Notes: generated by a model not told the origin, from the letters alone. DNA of 64,000 nucleotides from Clostridia bacterium (GCA_045533905.1 JAZSIR010000021.1:32001-96000), one strand, 5' to 3'. Positions 30,410 to 39,020 are shown, numbered from the stretch's first letter. Made by a program: numbers and translations.

Positions 30410-32713
30410 GTGCTTTTTGTGAAAAATCCATTAATTACAATGTCAGCCGTTACAGGAAGGCCATCATTGAGTTTTGTCCAAAATTATATGAAATCTCTTA
30501 AGGAAAATGGTATTGAACAAGTTATGATTTACCCGAGGTCAGGATGTGAGCTTGAATATTTAAGCAACGACTGGTTTAAGACGGTAGAATACTTTTTAAA
30601 GTGTGCAAAGCGGTTGGATATGAACATATGGTTATATGATGATTTTAATTGGCCGTCAGGGGATGCGGGCGGAATGGTTTCAAAAAAATATATGTTGAAA
30701 TCAATTACAACAGTAGGGAAAAATATAGGTGAAATCAGTACATATTCAGAGCATAATGGTAAGATTTTCGGAATAAAATCTTTTCCCGATTTGCTGTCTT
30801 TTGATGCTGTTGATTACTTTATAAACATCACTCACGAGCAATATTATAGACATTTTAAAGAATATTTTGGAAACACAATAAAAGGTATTTTCACCGACGA
30901 GCCAAGCATTGGATATTGCTGCAACAATTCATCTGTGCCATATTATGAACAGCTCCCCGATGATTATAAAAGCTTGTGCGGAGATGACTTTTATGATGAT
31001 ATGGAGCTTGGCAGAGACAAGTTTTACGAAACCGTTATGCTTGCAGTGGCAAACAGGTTTAAAGCATGCTATGTTGATAAAATACGCAATTGGTGCGAGG
31101 AACACTCAATAGATATGTGTGGTCATATGATATATGATCACGAGCCTTGCGCTGCAACCCGAAATAACGGCAATTTATTGACAATGCTTTCGTCATTCTC
31201 TATTGCGGGAGTAGATGAAATTAACACCAATCTAAATGATTCCACTCTCCTTTCTCTTTTCGGTGCTGCCCAATATGCAAGAAAGGGTAATTATGCTATG
31301 GCAGAATTATTTGCATTAGGACCGTGTGATATGTCATATACATTAAGAAAAAGTATGATTTTTTATTCTGCCTGCTTCAAAATAAACCTTTACTTTCTGG
31401 CAGTTTCTCATATGGATATGAGAGGAAATACCGCAATACTTGATTATTTTAATGATTTCTCAATTTCTCAGCCGGATTTTTCAGGAATGAAGCTTTTGGC
31501 ACAAGAGGCACAGTTAGCGGCTGAATATGCAGATAAGGATTTTACACCCGATGTATATATTGAATATCCTTCAGAATTATGTGCCGGTAACTTGATGAAT
31601 AAAAATTTTAATACCAATATTTTTATAGCTCTTTTAAAACGACTTACCTACTATCAGATACAGTGGAAATTTATCGATAAAGGTGATGATACAAACAATA
31701 TTGAAGTAATCAGACTTACAAAGGATAATACCTTAAAATACGCACATATCACAACAACCGATATAGATGAAATATGCAAAGCCCTTGCACAAAAACCGCT
31801 TGTTATCAATATTAACGGTGAACTGTGTGAAAATATTTTTGTGCGAAAATTTGATGATGGCAGCTTTGTTGTAATTAATCTTGATGCCGCACCGTCAAAA
31901 TATATTATAAACCGCATTGATAAAGAGATTGACGGTTTTGGTGTAGTAACTGACAAGGATGTAATTCCTACCGAGTATAAAAAAGTAAAAGCTGAAATTC
32001 ATGATTTTAATGTAAATTACTGCAATAAAAATATTATTCGTTGTATGTATGTTAATTCACAAGATTCAGCAATCATTAAAAGCAACTCAAATCAAACAGT
32101 TGAATTTGTTTTGAGAAACGATGCAAAAGCATATATTGACAATGAAATCATTACTGCACAAAAATTTTGCACCGACATTCCGTTTGGAATGCAATGTCTT
32201 TACAAATCATCAGAATCCATAACACTTTGTAATGGCAGCTTTGTTGTAACATCAAGCAGCGATTATAAATATATGCCAAGTGTTCTTATAAAGGGCGACT
32301 TTGACGCAGAAAGTATAAGCGGAGATGTTTGTCAAATCAATCTTTCTCCACGAAAAAACACACTTTGTATCGGTGATTATATAAGCAGTTTTGGGAAAAT
32401 TGAACTTTCTCAAAAAGTGTTTGTTCCGAAGGAAGCAAAATTTTTAGAGTTAAAAGGAACAACGCTTTATACCTGTGTATCAATAAACGAAAAACCGGTA
32501 GGCGAGAGAATATGCTCTCCGTATATTTATAAAATTGACAGTAAATATTGCGATAGATTTGTGGATTTAAAAATAGTACAATATTCAAGCATTGCACCTA
32601 TTTTTGGTGATGTGGAATATTGGGACAAGCATTCCAAAAATGTGTCGTGGAAAGGCATTAAATCACCACAAAAAACCAATTTCGGAGTAGCAGGAGCAGA
32701 GTGGTTGGTATGA
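30410..32713 (+). CDS. GH106-like (alpha-L-rhamnosidase-like) glycoside hydrolase
   Basis: IYPRSG..YLSNDWF, WLYDDFNWPSG and GIFTDEP motifs. Confidence 0.65.
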   Translation: MLFVKNPLITMSAVTGRPSLSFVQNYMKSLKENGIEQVMIYPRSGCELEYLSNDWFKTVEYFLKCAKRLDMNIWLYDDFNWPSGDAGGMVSKKYMLKSITTVGKNIGEISTYSEHNGKIFGIKSFPDLLSFDAVDYFINITHEQYYRHFKEYFGNTIKGIFTDEPSIGYCCNNSSVPYYEQLPDDYKSLCGDDFYDDMELGRDKFYETVMLAVANRFKACYVDKIRNWCEEHSIDMCGHMIYDHEPCAATRNNGNLLTMLSSFSIAGVDEINTNLNDSTLLSLFGAAQYARKGNYAMAELFALGPCDMSYTLRKSMIFYSACFKINLYFLAVSHMDMRGNTAILDYFNDFSISQPDFSGMKLLAQEAQLAAEYADKDFTPDVYIEYPSELCAGNLMNKNFNTNIFIALLKRLTYYQIQWKFIDKGDDTNNIEVIRLTKDNTLKYAHITTTDIDEICKALAQKPLVININGELCENIFVRKFDDGSFVVINLDAAPSKYIINRIDKEIDGFGVVTDKDVIPTEYKKVKAEIHDFNVNYCNKNIIRCMYVNSQDSAIIKSNSNQTVEFVLRNDAKAYIDNEIITAQKFCTDIPFGMQCLYKSSESITLCNGSFVVTSSSDYKYMPSVLIKGDFDAESISGDVCQINLSPRKNTLCIGDYISSFGKIELSQKVFVPKEAKFLELKGTTLYTCVSINEKPVGERICSPYIYKIDSKYCDRFVDLKIVQYSSIAPIFGDVEYWDKHSKNVSWKGIKSPQKTNFGVAGAEWLV

Positions 32714-33216
32714 ATATTTTTGCATGGACAAGTGGTATTCTCGGAATAACTGCAAATGTGATAATCTATCAGCAAGAAAGCGGTAAACGAGTTTTGATAT
32801 ACAAGCTTATTTCTGATTTTATATGGGTTTTTCACTATTATACACTTAACGCATATTCGGGGATGGCGGTAGCAATGGTAGGTATTTTAAGAGAAATTGT
32901 TTTCTTAACCCAACAAAAAACGGAAATATCAAAAATCTGGCTGATAATTTTCATGGGCGTTGCGATGGTATGTGCATCCTTCACATGGAAAGGTGTAATA
33001 AGCTTTCTGCCCGCCACAGCTTCTGTTTTGTCGGTTATAAGCTTTTGGAAAGCAAATCCGGTATTTACAAGAATAATTGCCTATCCTATTTCTATTTGTA
33101 TGTTAACATACGATATTGTATATAAATCATATACAGGAATTACTAACGAAGTATTAACTTTTATTTCATCTACAATAGGTATAATACGAATGCGTAAAAA
33201 GGTAAATTTAATATAA
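32701..33216 (+). CDS. YgjV-like inner membrane protein
   Basis: Hydrophobic protein of ~170 aa with QQ..K, HY..L.AYSG and YD...SYTG patterns. Confidence 0.65.
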   Translation: MVGMNIFAWTSGILGITANVIIYQQESGKRVLIYKLISDFIWVFHYYTLNAYSGMAVAMVGILREIVFLTQQKTEISKIWLIIFMGVAMVCASFTWKGVISFLPATASVLSVISFWKANPVFTRIIAYPISICMLTYDIVYKSYTGITNEVLTFISSTIGIIRMRKKVNLI

Positions 33217-33229
33217 AGGGGTAATAACA

Positions 33230-33594
33230 ATGAGCGAATTAAGAATGGGTGTAATTAATTAGGAAAGAACTTTAATACGCTATTGATGCCGGGATTATGA
33301 AAAAAATGGCCTAACAGATTTTCCTGAAGATACCGGTATCAGGGTTATACAAAGACAGAGTGTATCCCCGGTCCAACAAATCAGGAGTTAAAAGATGGTG
33401 CTGATATGTTTTGCAGATGGATGGAAGAAAATATAAGCTATATGAAAAGGATGCATATCCTGACATTTGCATGGAATGAATTCGAAGAAGGAGCATGGCT
33501 GTGCCCCACATGTATTGATGACTCAAGTATAGACGATAGCCGTATTAAAGCATTTTAAAATATTGTAAAAATGTGGAAGTCAAAGCTTGGGTAA
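33230..33594 (+). pseudogene. Decayed glycoside hydrolase gene (GH99-like/WbsX-like)
   Basis: RBS and MSELRMGVIN*, fragment YAIDAGI, and ILTFAWNEFEEGAWLCPT with in-frame stops, frameshifts and apparent internal deletion. Confidence 0.6.
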
Positions 33595-33622
33595 GCTTTT
33601 ATATAAATATTAATATGTGATA

Positions 33623-33655
33623 AATATGCTCGCCTTTAATAAAGACGAGCATATT
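33623..33655. terminator. Terminator after spoIVB tail copy 1
   Basis: AATATGCTCG...CGAGCATATT. Confidence 0.7.
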
Positions 33656-33656
33656 A

Positions 33657-33788
33657 CTATTTAATCTTCTCAGCTTCGGAGAGCATATTCTCAATAAATA
33701 TCCCATACCCACGGGTTGGGTCATTTATAAAAACATGAGTTACTGCACCAACTAACTTGCCATTTTGCAGGATGGGTGAACCCGACAC
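33657..33788 (-). repeat. spoIVB 3' tail, copy 1
   Basis: Translates (GTG)[42 protein letters not shown]. Confidence 0.95.
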
Positions 33789-33791
33789 GAC

Positions 33792-33812
33792 TGTTGTCAA
33801 TAGGGGACAACA
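33792..33812. repeat. Cassette-end palindrome
   Basis: TGTTGTC-AATAGGG-GACAACA; contains the stop codon of the activase gene. Confidence 0.92.
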
Positions 33813-34678
33813 TTTTTCACACCGATGGCTTTGATTTTTTCTGCAACCAATGCAATTTCATCCTTTGTAGGTAATGGAACCATTGACAAAGGATAACCAA
33901 GCTCCATACACTCATATTTTCTTTCCGCATAGTTGTGATAAGGCAGTATCCGCAGTACTTTTACGGATTTTAAATCTTTAACAAAGGCTGCAATTTTCTC
34001 CGCTTCACCGTCATTCATTGTTGGTATGTATGGATATCTTATTTCTATAGGGATACGCAGAGAATCGATATATTTTATGTTTTCAAGTATCTGTTTATTT
34101 GATACTCCTGTGCATTTTGTGTGAATATCCTCATTGATAGCCTTTATATCAAAGAGAAATGTGTCGGTATAGGGGATGATTTTATCAAAAGCCACTCTGT
34201 TTACAAATCCGCTGGTGTCCACGGCAATATTTATATCGTGTTCTTTCAGAAGCTTTGCAATTTCTACGCAAAAGTCCGCCTGCATAAGCGGTTCACCACC
34301 GGAAAAGGTTACACCTCCGCCACTGCCTTTCATAAATATTTCGTCTTTAAGAACTTCTTTTGCTATTTCCTCTGCAGAAGATGTTTTACCTGAAATTTCG
34401 AATGCATTATTGGGACAGATATCTTCACATTTCCCGCATAACGTACATTTTTCTTTGATAAACATATGCTTTTCGTCTTTGATTACATTTGCCTCACATA
34501 TTTTGGTGCATCGCATACAATTACCGCAAGCAGTTTTGTCAAAAAGTATTTCTTTTTCAAAGGAAAATGATTCCGGATTGTGACACCATTTACATCGGAG
34601 GGGACACCCCTTGAAAAATACAGTTGTTCTTATGCCATCGCCGTCGTGAATTTCAAAAGGCTTTATAGCAAAAATCAT
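33797..34678 (-). CDS. Glycyl-radical enzyme activase (radical SAM) with ferredoxin-like insert
   Basis: [26 protein letters not shown], extra CxxCxxC clusters, [10 protein letters not shown]. Confidence 0.93.
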   Translation of the reverse strand: MIFAIKPFEIHDGDGIRTTVFFKGCPLRCKWCHNPESFSFEKEILFDKTACGNCMRCTKICEANVIKDEKHMFIKEKCTLCGKCEDICPNNAFEISGKTSSAEEIAKEVLKDEIFMKGSGGGVTFSGGEPLMQADFCVEIAKLLKEHDINIAVDTSGFVNRVAFDKIIPYTDTFLFDIKAINEDIHTKCTGVSNKQILENIKYIDSLRIPIEIRYPYIPTMNDGEAEKIAAFVKDLKSVKVLRILPYHNYAERKYECMELGYPLSMVPLPTKDEIALVAEKIKAIGVKNVVPY

Positions 34679-36876
34679 TAGCCCGACACCTCACATTGCT
34701 TTATAAACATATCTTGTTTTACTTTGCTGAGCTTTACAAAATATTCATTCCAGCCACATACCCTTACCTGAAGAGTTGAATATTTTTCAGGATATTTCTG
34801 AGCTTCAATCAAAGTCTCTCTTTTTACTATATTTCCCTGCATTGCAAATCCGCCATTATCGAGGAAGATTTTGATAAGAGAAATAAAGTCCTCAAGACCT
34901 TTTTCGCCTTCAACGGCAGAAGGATGTAATATAAAATCAAACGGTACTCCGTCTACAAAAGATGCTGAGTCAATTTTCAATACAGATTGCATATATGCGG
35001 TAATACCGCCCCTGTCCATTCCGTCGGATGCACACAGATTTTTGGAAATCGGTTTTTTTGCATTTCTTCCGTCAGATGTAGCAGATGTTTTTTCTCCGTG
35101 TTTTATACAATGATATACCGAATCAAGTCCAAGACGCACCTTGCCGCCTCTTTCGAGATTCTTGTTGCAATAACGATTGGCAAGATTTTCTAAAATGTCG
35201 GTCATTATCTTATCGGGAATGGTCATATTATTTCCATACTTTTCTTTGTCGTTGATAATTCTCTTTTGCAAATCTTCAAACCCTTTCCAGTCTGACAAAA
35301 GAGCTCTTCTCATATCGTCAAGTGAAATTTCCTTAAGGTCAAATACATATTTTTTTATTGCAACAAGAGAATCCACCGTAGTTGCAAGACCGTGATGCTT
35401 TAAAGATAAATTATTATACTTCAAAGGATATTCGTGCACATCCATACCTTTTTCAATACATTCTGAAAAACTACTCGAATATATAGGCGAAGGATTAATA
35501 AGTGTACTGTATTCTCCTTGCTTTTCAATGAAATCCAACGCAAAGTCGGTGCAGTAATTCAGTTGTTTTAAGTAGATGTCAAAAAACTCCTCAAAACTTT
35601 TAATATCTGTTTTACTTTCATATCCAACCTGAGAATCTGTCATAATATCTCTACCGCCATTTATAGCAAATTCAACACATTTTACCGTATTAAAACGAAG
35701 TGCCGAAATTTCACCTTCTTCCAATCCCATAATAATAGGCTCATAACAACCAAGTATAACATAGTTCTGTGAATCTTCTTTAGGTATGCCGATTTTTTCG
35801 TATGCATCAAATACCGCTTCGTCATTAATAAGACATATACTGCTGTGTCCGCCTCTTATCATTAAAGCGGCTTTTCTTATGATTTTTTCGTCTATGTTTT
35901 TATGACATCTTATGTGAATTTTGGGGTCATAAATGCCCATTTCATCATATACGTTTAAAATAAGATGACTGAGCTCATTAGTGTAATCATTTCCGTCCTT
36001 GTCAGAACCGCACATGGTAAATGGTTGTTCAGCAAATCTTTTTGCCGCTGTGAAATGAATGAAATAATACCTGAAGAGCTCTTTAATTTCTTCTTCTGTT
36101 TTTCCTGTTGCCTTGTCTTTTTCAAAATATGGAAAATACATTCTGTCAATGGGCCCGAGTGTTCTGGCTTTTTCGACTCCGATTTCCTCAAAATAAAGAT
36201 AGAGTATGGAAAATTGCATTACCTCATACAAATTTTCGGGTGGCTTTGTCATAAGATTTTTTATGCACCTTGAAAACTCCGGCACATTGAATTTAAGTGA
36301 ATATGTGTATATTCTGTCAAGAAGTCTTAAAATTGCATTATAGCATATTAATACAGAGTCAAGAAAAACAATTTGTTTATCCAGATAGTTTCCGCTTGCT
36401 ATAAGCTTTTCTTTTGAATTTTTAACGTTTTTAATAATTCCTGCAAAACCATTTTCCAATAGATATGACCAGTTGGGAACAGTATGAATAAAATCAACCA
36501 TCATCCAATCAAGACCAACATCTGCAAATTTTTTAAATTTTTCATATTCTTCAGGGAGCTTTTTTTTGCGAATTTTTTCTGTTTGCGAATAAAAAGCTTT
36601 ACAAAAAACAGTATCTGTAGCAAAATAAGAATAGTCAATTCCAAGGTTTAGTTTTACCGAAAATGGTGTATGCTCATTGATTTCCAGTTGCAGATTATCC
36701 AAAAGATACGAATATGCATTTGCGCACACAATTTCCCTGGGTAATTCTGTTTCGTAATTTTGAAATTCCTGTAGCTTTGATAATAAGATTTTGGGTGAAA
36801 GTCCTGTGGATTCATCCCAGATTGCTTGTTCAAATCCATTTTGTATGAAGTCTCTGTTTTCTTTGAATTTTTGCAT
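34678..36876 (-). CDS. Glycyl-radical enzyme (PFL-like family, not classical PflB)
   Basis: Single-Cys loop GCYEP; C-terminal LQVRVCGW glycyl loop; adjacent activase. Confidence 0.88.
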   Translation of the reverse strand: MQKFKENRDFIQNGFEQAIWDESTGLSPKILLSKLQEFQNYETELPREIVCANAYSYLLDNLQLEINEHTPFSVKLNLGIDYSYFATDTVFCKAFYSQTEKIRKKKLPEEYEKFKKFADVGLDWMMVDFIHTVPNWSYLLENGFAGIIKNVKNSKEKLIASGNYLDKQIVFLDSVLICYNAILRLLDRIYTYSLKFNVPEFSRCIKNLMTKPPENLYEVMQFSILYLYFEEIGVEKARTLGPIDRMYFPYFEKDKATGKTEEEIKELFRYYFIHFTAAKRFAEQPFTMCGSDKDGNDYTNELSHLILNVYDEMGIYDPKIHIRCHKNIDEKIIRKAALMIRGGHSSICLINDEAVFDAYEKIGIPKEDSQNYVILGCYEPIIMGLEEGEISALRFNTVKCVEFAINGGRDIMTDSQVGYESKTDIKSFEEFFDIYLKQLNYCTDFALDFIEKQGEYSTLINPSPIYSSSFSECIEKGMDVHEYPLKYNNLSLKHHGLATTVDSLVAIKKYVFDLKEISLDDMRRALLSDWKGFEDLQKRIINDKEKYGNNMTIPDKIMTDILENLANRYCNKNLERGGKVRLGLDSVYHCIKHGEKTSATSDGRNAKKPISKNLCASDGMDRGGITAYMQSVLKIDSASFVDGVPFDFILHPSAVEGEKGLEDFISLIKIFLDNGGFAMQGNIVKRETLIEAQKYPEKYSTLQVRVCGWNEYFVKLSKVKQDMFIKQCEVSG

Positions 36877-37010
36877 AATTTAATCACCTCTTGCAATGTA
36901 TTATACCTTTGCTTTAACGCGAAGTAAATGCATTATAGAGTCAAATAGATGTAAAAATCCGTCATTGACATTTATGGATATTTATTGTATAGTTTAATTG
37001 GTGATGATTT

Positions 37011-37781
37011 ATGAATGATATATGTATCAAAGAAATAGTCAATGTTTACCACAGGAATAAAATCATGTGGAGAAGAAATTCTTTTGCTCCACGTGCTTTC
37101 GATGCTGTTGTTTTATTTACACACGGAGAAATAGAATATAAATTTTCTGACAAAACCTTTGTTGCAAAAAAAGGTGATTTTCTATTGTTGCCGTGCGATA
37201 TTGCATATTCAGGAAAAATGCATACTGATAATGCTTCTTATTATGTAGTAGACTTTAGGTGTTTATGTGCTGACGAATTTAAAAATTATATAGCACCGGG
37301 TGTTTTTAAAACAGAAAATTTTGGTTTGTTTGTTTCTAAATTTGAAAATGCAGTGAAATCATGGGATGTTCACACACTCAATGCAAATCTCAAAATCAAA
37401 TCATTACTTTATTCTGTGCTTGCAGAATTCCAAAAACAGAAAGAAATGAATTTTAAAACAACAAGTATTTATGATATTATAGAATACATATCTGATCATA
37501 TTGGTGATTCAAATCTTAATGTAACAGAGTTATGCAGACTGTTTCATATATCGGATTCTCAACTCAGAAGAAATATTTTAAAAAATACCGGCTTATCTCC
37601 AAACGAATATATATTTACAATAAGAGTGAACAAAGCAAAAAACGAACTCTCGTACACCGATAAACCGATTCAAATGATTTCTTACGAATGCGGCTTTTCA
37701 TCACCATATTATTTCTCAAGATGTTTTTCCAAAAGTACAGGAATGTCCCCCTCAAAATACAGAACACTCACCCGTACATGA
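37011..37781 (+). CDS. AraC family regulator
   Basis: CGFSSPYYFSRCFSKSTGMSPSKYR. Confidence 0.9.
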   Translation: MNDICIKEIVNVYHRNKIMWRRNSFAPRAFDAVVLFTHGEIEYKFSDKTFVAKKGDFLLLPCDIAYSGKMHTDNASYYVVDFRCLCADEFKNYIAPGVFKTENFGLFVSKFENAVKSWDVHTLNANLKIKSLLYSVLAEFQKQKEMNFKTTSIYDIIEYISDHIGDSNLNVTELCRLFHISDSQLRRNILKNTGLSPNEYIFTIRVNKAKNELSYTDKPIQMISYECGFSSPYYFSRCFSKSTGMSPSKYRTLTRT

Positions 37782-37794
37782 GCAGGTGAGTGTT
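37763..37794. terminator. Terminator after spoIVB, overlapping the AraC stop
   Basis: AACACTCACC...GGTGAGTGTT. Confidence 0.7.
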
Positions 37795-37804
37795 TTCGAT
37801 TCTG

Positions 37805-39004
37805 TTATTTAATTTTCTCCACTTCCGCTAGCATGTTTTCAATAAATATCCCATAACCTCTTGTTGGATCATTCACAAAAACGTGAGTTATTGCACCAAC
37901 GAGTTTGCCGTTTTGGATTATAGGCGAACCCGACATACCTTGCACGATGCCGCCGGTGAGCCGCAAAAGGCGCTCGTCCGTGATTTTCAGGACCATACTT
38001 TTTCCGTTTCCGCTGCGGCGCGAAAGTTTTTCGATTTCGACGGTGTACGCCTTTTTCTCGCCGTCAATACTGCTGAAGATGACGGCATCGCCTTTTTGTA
38101 CCTGTGTGCTCGCAGCAATGGGGACGGAGATGCCGTCCTTTCCCATTTCGCTTTTGCCGAAGAGGCCGACGGCCTCATTTTTCAAAATGGTGCCCACATC
38201 CGCTCCGAACACGCCGCGCACCGCGCCGGGAACGCCGTTCTCCCCTTTATCGATCTGTACGATTTCGCACGCGGTGATGCTGCCGTGCGCAGGCGGCACG
38301 GCTTCTTCGGTATCGGGGTCGAGAATCGCGTGGCCGAGGGCCGCGTAGGTGCCGTCCTCGGGAATGTAGAAGGTGACGGTGCCGATACCGGCTGTGCTCT
38401 CGCGCACCCAAAGGCCGAGCTTGTAGGCGCCGCCATCGGCGTACCAGACGGGTGTGATTTCCGCATCCCACTGCTTTTCCCTGCGGCAGACCGTGAGCGT
38501 CATCGCTTTGCCGCCGCTTTTTACAACGGCCTCCTCGAGCATATCGCTCCCCGAAAGGCGTGCGCCGTTCACGGCCACGATTCTGTCGCCCGCACGGATG
38601 CCGGCTTCCTTCCCCGGGGCGCGGCCTGTTTGGGGAATTTCGGAAAGGCCGATGACGAGAACACCGTCCATATACAGCTTAATGCCGACTGCCTCGCCCC
38701 CTAACGTGACGTTTCTGCCCTCCACCACGCTTACGGCGGCCGTCCGCCGCCAAAGGCCGAAGGCGGAAAGGTCCATCGTATACGCGCCGGCCTTTTCGGG
38801 CGTTACCAGAAAGCGGTTGTCTTCTTTTGTAAAATGAAAATCGCCTTCGGAAGCGATGGGCGCAACGAAGGCGGGCAGGGCGTGCTTTTCCCCGCGGAGC
38901 ATCACAAACTCCGAAGGCAGAAGCGTGCCGTAAAAATAACAAAAAATCAAGGAAACAGAAAGCGCGCCGACAGCGAGACGGCGCGCGTATTTTTGCCTCT
39001 TCAT
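37805..39004 (-). CDS. spoIVB: SpoIVB serine peptidase (S55)
   Basis: N-terminal membrane anchor, PDZ domain, GLWVRES.AGIGTVTF, ALGH and [26 protein letters not shown] motifs. Confidence 0.95.
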   Translation of the reverse strand: MKRQKYARRLAVGALSVSLIFCYFYGTLLPSEFVMLRGEKHALPAFVAPIASEGDFHFTKEDNRFLVTPEKAGAYTMDLSAFGLWRRTAAVSVVEGRNVTLGGEAVGIKLYMDGVLVIGLSEIPQTGRAPGKEAGIRAGDRIVAVNGARLSGSDMLEEAVVKSGGKAMTLTVCRREKQWDAEITPVWYADGGAYKLGLWVRESTAGIGTVTFYIPEDGTYAALGHAILDPDTEEAVPPAHGSITACEIVQIDKGENGVPGAVRGVFGADVGTILKNEAVGLFGKSEMGKDGISVPIAASTQVQKGDAVIFSSIDGEKKAYTVEIEKLSRRSGNGKSMVLKITDERLLRLTGGIVQGMSGSPIIQNGKLVGAITHVFVNDPTRGYGIFIENMLAEVEKIK

Positions 39005-39020
39005 TTTCTCACCTCGGCTT

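Larger units (their letters stand above)
20386..37936 (-). mobile_element. Tandem array of five integrase-free cassettes at the 3' end of spoIVB
   Basis: Repeated spoIVB 3' tails with a conserved palindrome at four junctions; visibly more AT-rich than the flanks; regulator plus catabolic cargo in each unit. Confidence 0.85.

Noticed and set aside
22701-33812. Palindromes as a CRISPR array, attC or dif sites
   Set aside because: Spacing is kilobases, no cas or intI gene is present, the GTT/AAC order and length do not fit attC, and there is no match to the XerD arm.
33792-33812. TTGACA inside the palindrome as a -35 box driving tail expression
   Set aside because: No -10 element at 16-18 nt in the copy checked, and the corresponding tail sequence in the others is similar.
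20386-37936. Diversity-generating retroelement or prophage/ICE explanation for the repeats
   Set aside because: No reverse transcriptase, differences are not adenine-specific and are mostly synonymous, and there are no phage or conjugation genes.
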